28,567 nucleotides of DNA from Chitinophaga pinensis (GTDB lineage: Bacteria; Bacteroidota; Bacteroidia; Flavobacteriales_D; Crocinitomicaceae): NCBI GenBank assembly GCA_945861175.1, contig CAMATR010000001.1:1-28567 (forward strand), written 5' to 3'. The notes under the pieces were generated by a model. The model made no database searches and was not told the DNA's origin. It worked only from the letters and a program-made list of their open reading frames with translations. A program made the position numbers and the translations under genes. Shown here one piece after another: positions 25,727 to 28,567 of the stretch (its first letter is position 1; each line of letters begins with the position of its first letter).

Positions 25727-26989
25727 ATGCACCTGATTAAACGTAATACCTGCCGCGTTTGCGGCTCCAAGGCGCTAACACCGGTCATAAATCTTGGAGA
25801 GCAGAATTTGCAAGGCTCTTTCGTAAAGCCCGGCAAAGAAATGCCACCTACTCGTAAAATTTCAACATCAGTAGTGCGCTGTGATCCAATGCGCGATGAA
25901 AAAGCCTGCGGCCTGTTACAGATGGAATACACGGTACCACCAGAAGTGTTGTACTCAGCATACTGGTATCGCTCAGGTACCAATAACACAATGCGGCGCC
26001 ACTTGCAAGGTATTGCCGTAGAGGCAGTGGGAATGGCTGGCCTGAAGGAGAAAGCAACAGTTCTTGATATTGGCTGCAACGATGGCACGCTCTTAGGGTT
26101 CTATCCCAACAGTTTCACAAAATTTGGTGTAGACCCTTCTGACATAGCACAGGAAATCAAAGCCCCAATTAATGTTATTCAGGATATTTTTCCTTCTGAG
26201 GAGCTAATATCCAAGCTTGGCGATCACACTTTCGATATTATCACATCAATCGCCATGTTTTATGACCTTGAGGACCCGATAGCCTTTACTCGTGGTATTA
26301 AGCAAATTCTCGCACCTAAAGGCATTTGGATATTTGAAATGTCCTATATGCCAACTATGCTCAGAATGAACTCCTACGACACTATTTGTCATGAACATCT
26401 TGAATATTACAGCCTTGCGGTTATAGAATACATCCTCAAACAAGCTGGTATGAAAGTAGTTAACGTATCACTCAACGATATTAATGGTGGAAGCCTGCGC
26501 TGTCAGGCCACACACATCAATAACTTTAGTTATAAGCGGGAAGAATTTCAGCAGAACATTAATTCAATGAGACAGTCTGAATTCGATCTCGAACTTGATA
26601 CAGACAAACCATATCGATATTTTCAGGACAGAATTAATGTTCACAAGGAAGAACTCAGTTTACTTTTGAAAAAACTTAAAAAAGAAGGAAAAAAAATCCA
26701 TATCTATGGGGCATCTACTAAAGGCAATACGATATTACAATGGTGTGGAATAGAGCATAGAATTATCGATTGTGCAGCCGAACGTAGCCCCGAGAAGTAT
26801 GGGGCCATTACTCTGGGGACCGATATTCCTATTGTCAGTGAAGAAGAATCAAGAGCTATGAATCCAGATTACTATCTTGTTTTGCCTTGGCATTTTAAAG
26901 AAGAATTCATAGAACGCGAAAAAGAAATGCTCGAGCGAGGCGTTGGATTTATTTTCCCCCTTCCTACAATAGAAATTATAAAAAAATAG
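25727..26989 (+). CDS. NDP-hexose C-methyltransferase (TylCIII/EryBIII/NovU/TcaB9-like class I SAM enzyme)
   Basis: N-terminal CRVC...C..CGLLQ Zn site, YWYRSG, LDIGCNDG, YDTICHEH..YYS, YGASTKGNT, LVLPWHFKEE, FIFPLP; AGGGAG RBS at 25713-25718. Confidence 0.87.
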   Translation: MHLIKRNTCRVCGSKALTPVINLGEQNLQGSFVKPGKEMPPTRKISTSVVRCDPMRDEKACGLLQMEYTVPPEVLYSAYWYRSGTNNTMRRHLQGIAVEAVGMAGLKEKATVLDIGCNDGTLLGFYPNSFTKFGVDPSDIAQEIKAPINVIQDIFPSEELISKLGDHTFDIITSIAMFYDLEDPIAFTRGIKQILAPKGIWIFEMSYMPTMLRMNSYDTICHEHLEYYSLAVIEYILKQAGMKVVNVSLNDINGGSLRCQATHINNFSYKREEFQQNINSMRQSEFDLELDTDKPYRYFQDRINVHKEELSLLLKKLKKEGKKIHIYGASTKGNTILQWCGIEHRIIDCAAERSPEKYGAITLGTDIPIVSEEESRAMNPDYYLVLPWHFKEEFIEREKEMLERGVGFIFPLPTIEIIKK

Positions 26990-27003
26990 ATAATCAAACA
27001 CAC

Positions 27004-27999
27004 ATGGCTGTTAAACGAGCACTTATTACTGGAATTTATGGTCAGGACGGAAGTTATCTTGCAGAATTGCTATTTGGCGAAGAGTATGAGGTTCATGGTA
27101 TCGCCAGATACCCGCTCTCCGCTAACGCAATCGTCATCAGCGAACATCTAAAGAAAAAGTCAATTTCTTCTCTTTTTCTCCACAAATGTGATTTGAATTC
27201 TTATGCAGAAGTAAGAGAATTAATGATCAAGGTACAACCACATGAATGTTATCATCTTGCCACATCGCATTATTCTTCTGAAATTTTCGGTTCCAACAGA
27301 AATTTACTTGACCGTGAGCTTTTCCACAGCAATGTATCGGCATCGTTAAATTTAATTGGAGCTATTAGTGAAGTATCCCGCAATACAAGATTTATTATGG
27401 CTGGTTCTTGTTTAATGTTTGAGAAATCGGATCAATCACCTCAGAGTGAATATACTCCCTTCGCTTCAGACTCAATGTATGGTCTTTCGAAAATAACAGC
27501 AAGTAACATCCTCAACTATTTTCGTGAAACTCATGGATTACATTTATCGGTTGCAATCTTATACAACCATGAGTCTCCAAGAAGGCAGAACACATTTATT
27601 TCAAAAAAAATTGTAAGCAACCTGGTAAAGGTAAAACGAAATATTATTTCAGGTTTTTCCCTTGGTGATTTGAGCGCAATAAGGGATTGGGGCTATGCAA
27701 AAGATTACGTTTATGGTATGTGGCTAATGGCACAACGTGAAAAACCTAAAGATTATATTTTAGCCACAGGTGAAGGCCATTCAGTAGAGGAATTTCTGGA
27801 CTGTGCAGCTAAACAGCTTTCTATTAATTTTAAAGATATTATTGAACAAAAAAAAGAAATAATAGGTAAACCAATTAAAACACTTTTGTTAGGAGATCCA
27901 AGCCTCGCCAGGTCAGAATTAAAATGGTCTGGTACGGTAGGTTTTGAAGAATTGGTTGCAATCTTAATTAAGAATGAATTGAATGGTGCGTTAGATTGA
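27004..27999 (+). CDS. GDP-mannose 4,6-dehydratase-like SDR with a non-canonical active site
   Basis: ITGIYGQDGSYLAE, YGLSK, LYNHESPRR, LGDL...RDWGYAKDYV.GMWLM, DYILATG; S135-C-L137 stands where GMD has T/S-x-E. Confidence 0.75.
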   Translation: MAVKRALITGIYGQDGSYLAELLFGEEYEVHGIARYPLSANAIVISEHLKKKSISSLFLHKCDLNSYAEVRELMIKVQPHECYHLATSHYSSEIFGSNRNLLDRELFHSNVSASLNLIGAISEVSRNTRFIMAGSCLMFEKSDQSPQSEYTPFASDSMYGLSKITASNILNYFRETHGLHLSVAILYNHESPRRQNTFISKKIVSNLVKVKRNIISGFSLGDLSAIRDWGYAKDYVYGMWLMAQREKPKDYILATGEGHSVEEFLDCAAKQLSINFKDIIEQKKEIIGKPIKTLLLGDPSLARSELKWSGTVGFEELVAILIKNELNGALD

Positions 28000-28317
28000 A
28001 ATGCCATTTTCAATTATGTAATTGCGTAAGACACAAATTATTAACTACTTAACAGCCGTGGTTGTCAAAGTGTTGTTACCAATTTTGGGCTTAAGTATTT
28101 TTGGCATTATAAAGTTAGTGCTTCATAAGATGGTAGTTTATTCTATTAATTTCTTGAATCAACTTATTTTGGAGAAGTAATCCATTTGATAGCAGCGATG
28201 TTCAATTAATTGATGGCGACCGAATTTAAGTAACATTACTTTTTCTCACAACAAAATTTCCTTTTGTGTACAGAAAGATCACGAAGGGAATGAAAATATT
28301 GAATTGAGACAAATAAT

Positions 28318-28567
28318 ATGGAAAAATATTTATTGGCTATCTGTATTCCAACCTTTAATAGATCCAATCTTCTAAAAGGATTGCTTGAAAATATTTCATT
28401 GGAATCAACAAAATATCAAATTATTGATTATATTCAAATAATCATCGTTGATGGTCATTCAGATGATGATACAGAGCAGATGGTGACTACTTTTAAAATT
28501 AAATGTGATCTTCAATACTATCGGAGGGAAGTAAGGGTAGGTATAGATAGAGATATTATTAAATGTG
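28318..28567 (+). CDS. Glycosyltransferase family 2, 5' part (runs off the window); RfbV/WbaV-like N-terminus
   Basis: Own translation: MEKYLLAICIPTFNRSNLLKGLLENI...IIIVDGHSDDDT...VGIDRDIIKC; absent from the ORF track because no stop lies in the window. Confidence 0.8.
   Translation, partial: MEKYLLAICIPTFNRSNLLKGLLENISLESTKYQIIDYIQIIIVDGHSDDDTEQMVTTFKIKCDLQYYRREVRVGIDRDIIKC

Noticed and set aside
27004-27999. Calling this gene gmd
   Set aside because: Catalytic Glu replaced by Leu and the AQSHV motif lost; left as GMD-like.
297-28013. Minus-strand and alternative-frame ORFs of 60-140 aa in the ORF track (e.g. 297-506, 5684-5962, 8279-8581, 13062-13484, 25678-26088, 27753-28013)
   Set aside because: They lie wholly or mostly opposite or within motif-supported plus-strand genes and show no family motifs; treated as shadow ORFs.
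27995-28014. ATTGAAA/TTTCAAT inverted repeat at the end of the GMD-like gene as a terminator
   Set aside because: 7-bp, almost all A-T stem overlapping the stop codon, with no U-tract.
1-28567. ops/JUMPstart element, CRISPR array, tRNA/rRNA, transposase or integrase
   Set aside because: No GGCGGTAG-type motif, regularly spaced repeats, RNA-gene signatures or recombinase motifs seen by eye.

Overview
The whole window is the interior of one large, AT-rich, entirely plus-strand surface-polysaccharide (O-antigen/capsule-type) biosynthesis locus from an unidentified, probably Gram-negative bacterium. It encodes: a CDP-3,6-dideoxyhexose module (rfbF-rfbG-rfbH plus an SDR); a deletion scar fusing the 5' end of an acetolactate-synthase/YerE-like TPP enzyme gene to the 3' end of a DegT-family aminotransferase gene; a split transketolase pair; an Fcl/ColC + ColD pair (probably GDP-colitose); wzx and a wzy/ligase-family gene; seven complete glycosyltransferases plus one partial; an FkbM methyltransferase; an LtaS/sulfatase-family membrane transferase; an FnlA + RmlD-like + 2-epimerase trio (probably UDP-L-QuiNAc); and a sugar C-methyltransferase beside a GMD-like protein lacking the catalytic Glu. 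The most notable points are several apparently independent routes to branched or 3-deoxy sugars in one locus, a truncated integron attC-like element overlapping the wzy stop codon, and two ~70% identical Cys-motif GT4 paralogues bracketing a modification module. No rRNA, tRNA, CRISPR array, transposase or integrase was recognised. All calls rest on motifs read by eye; no database search was run.
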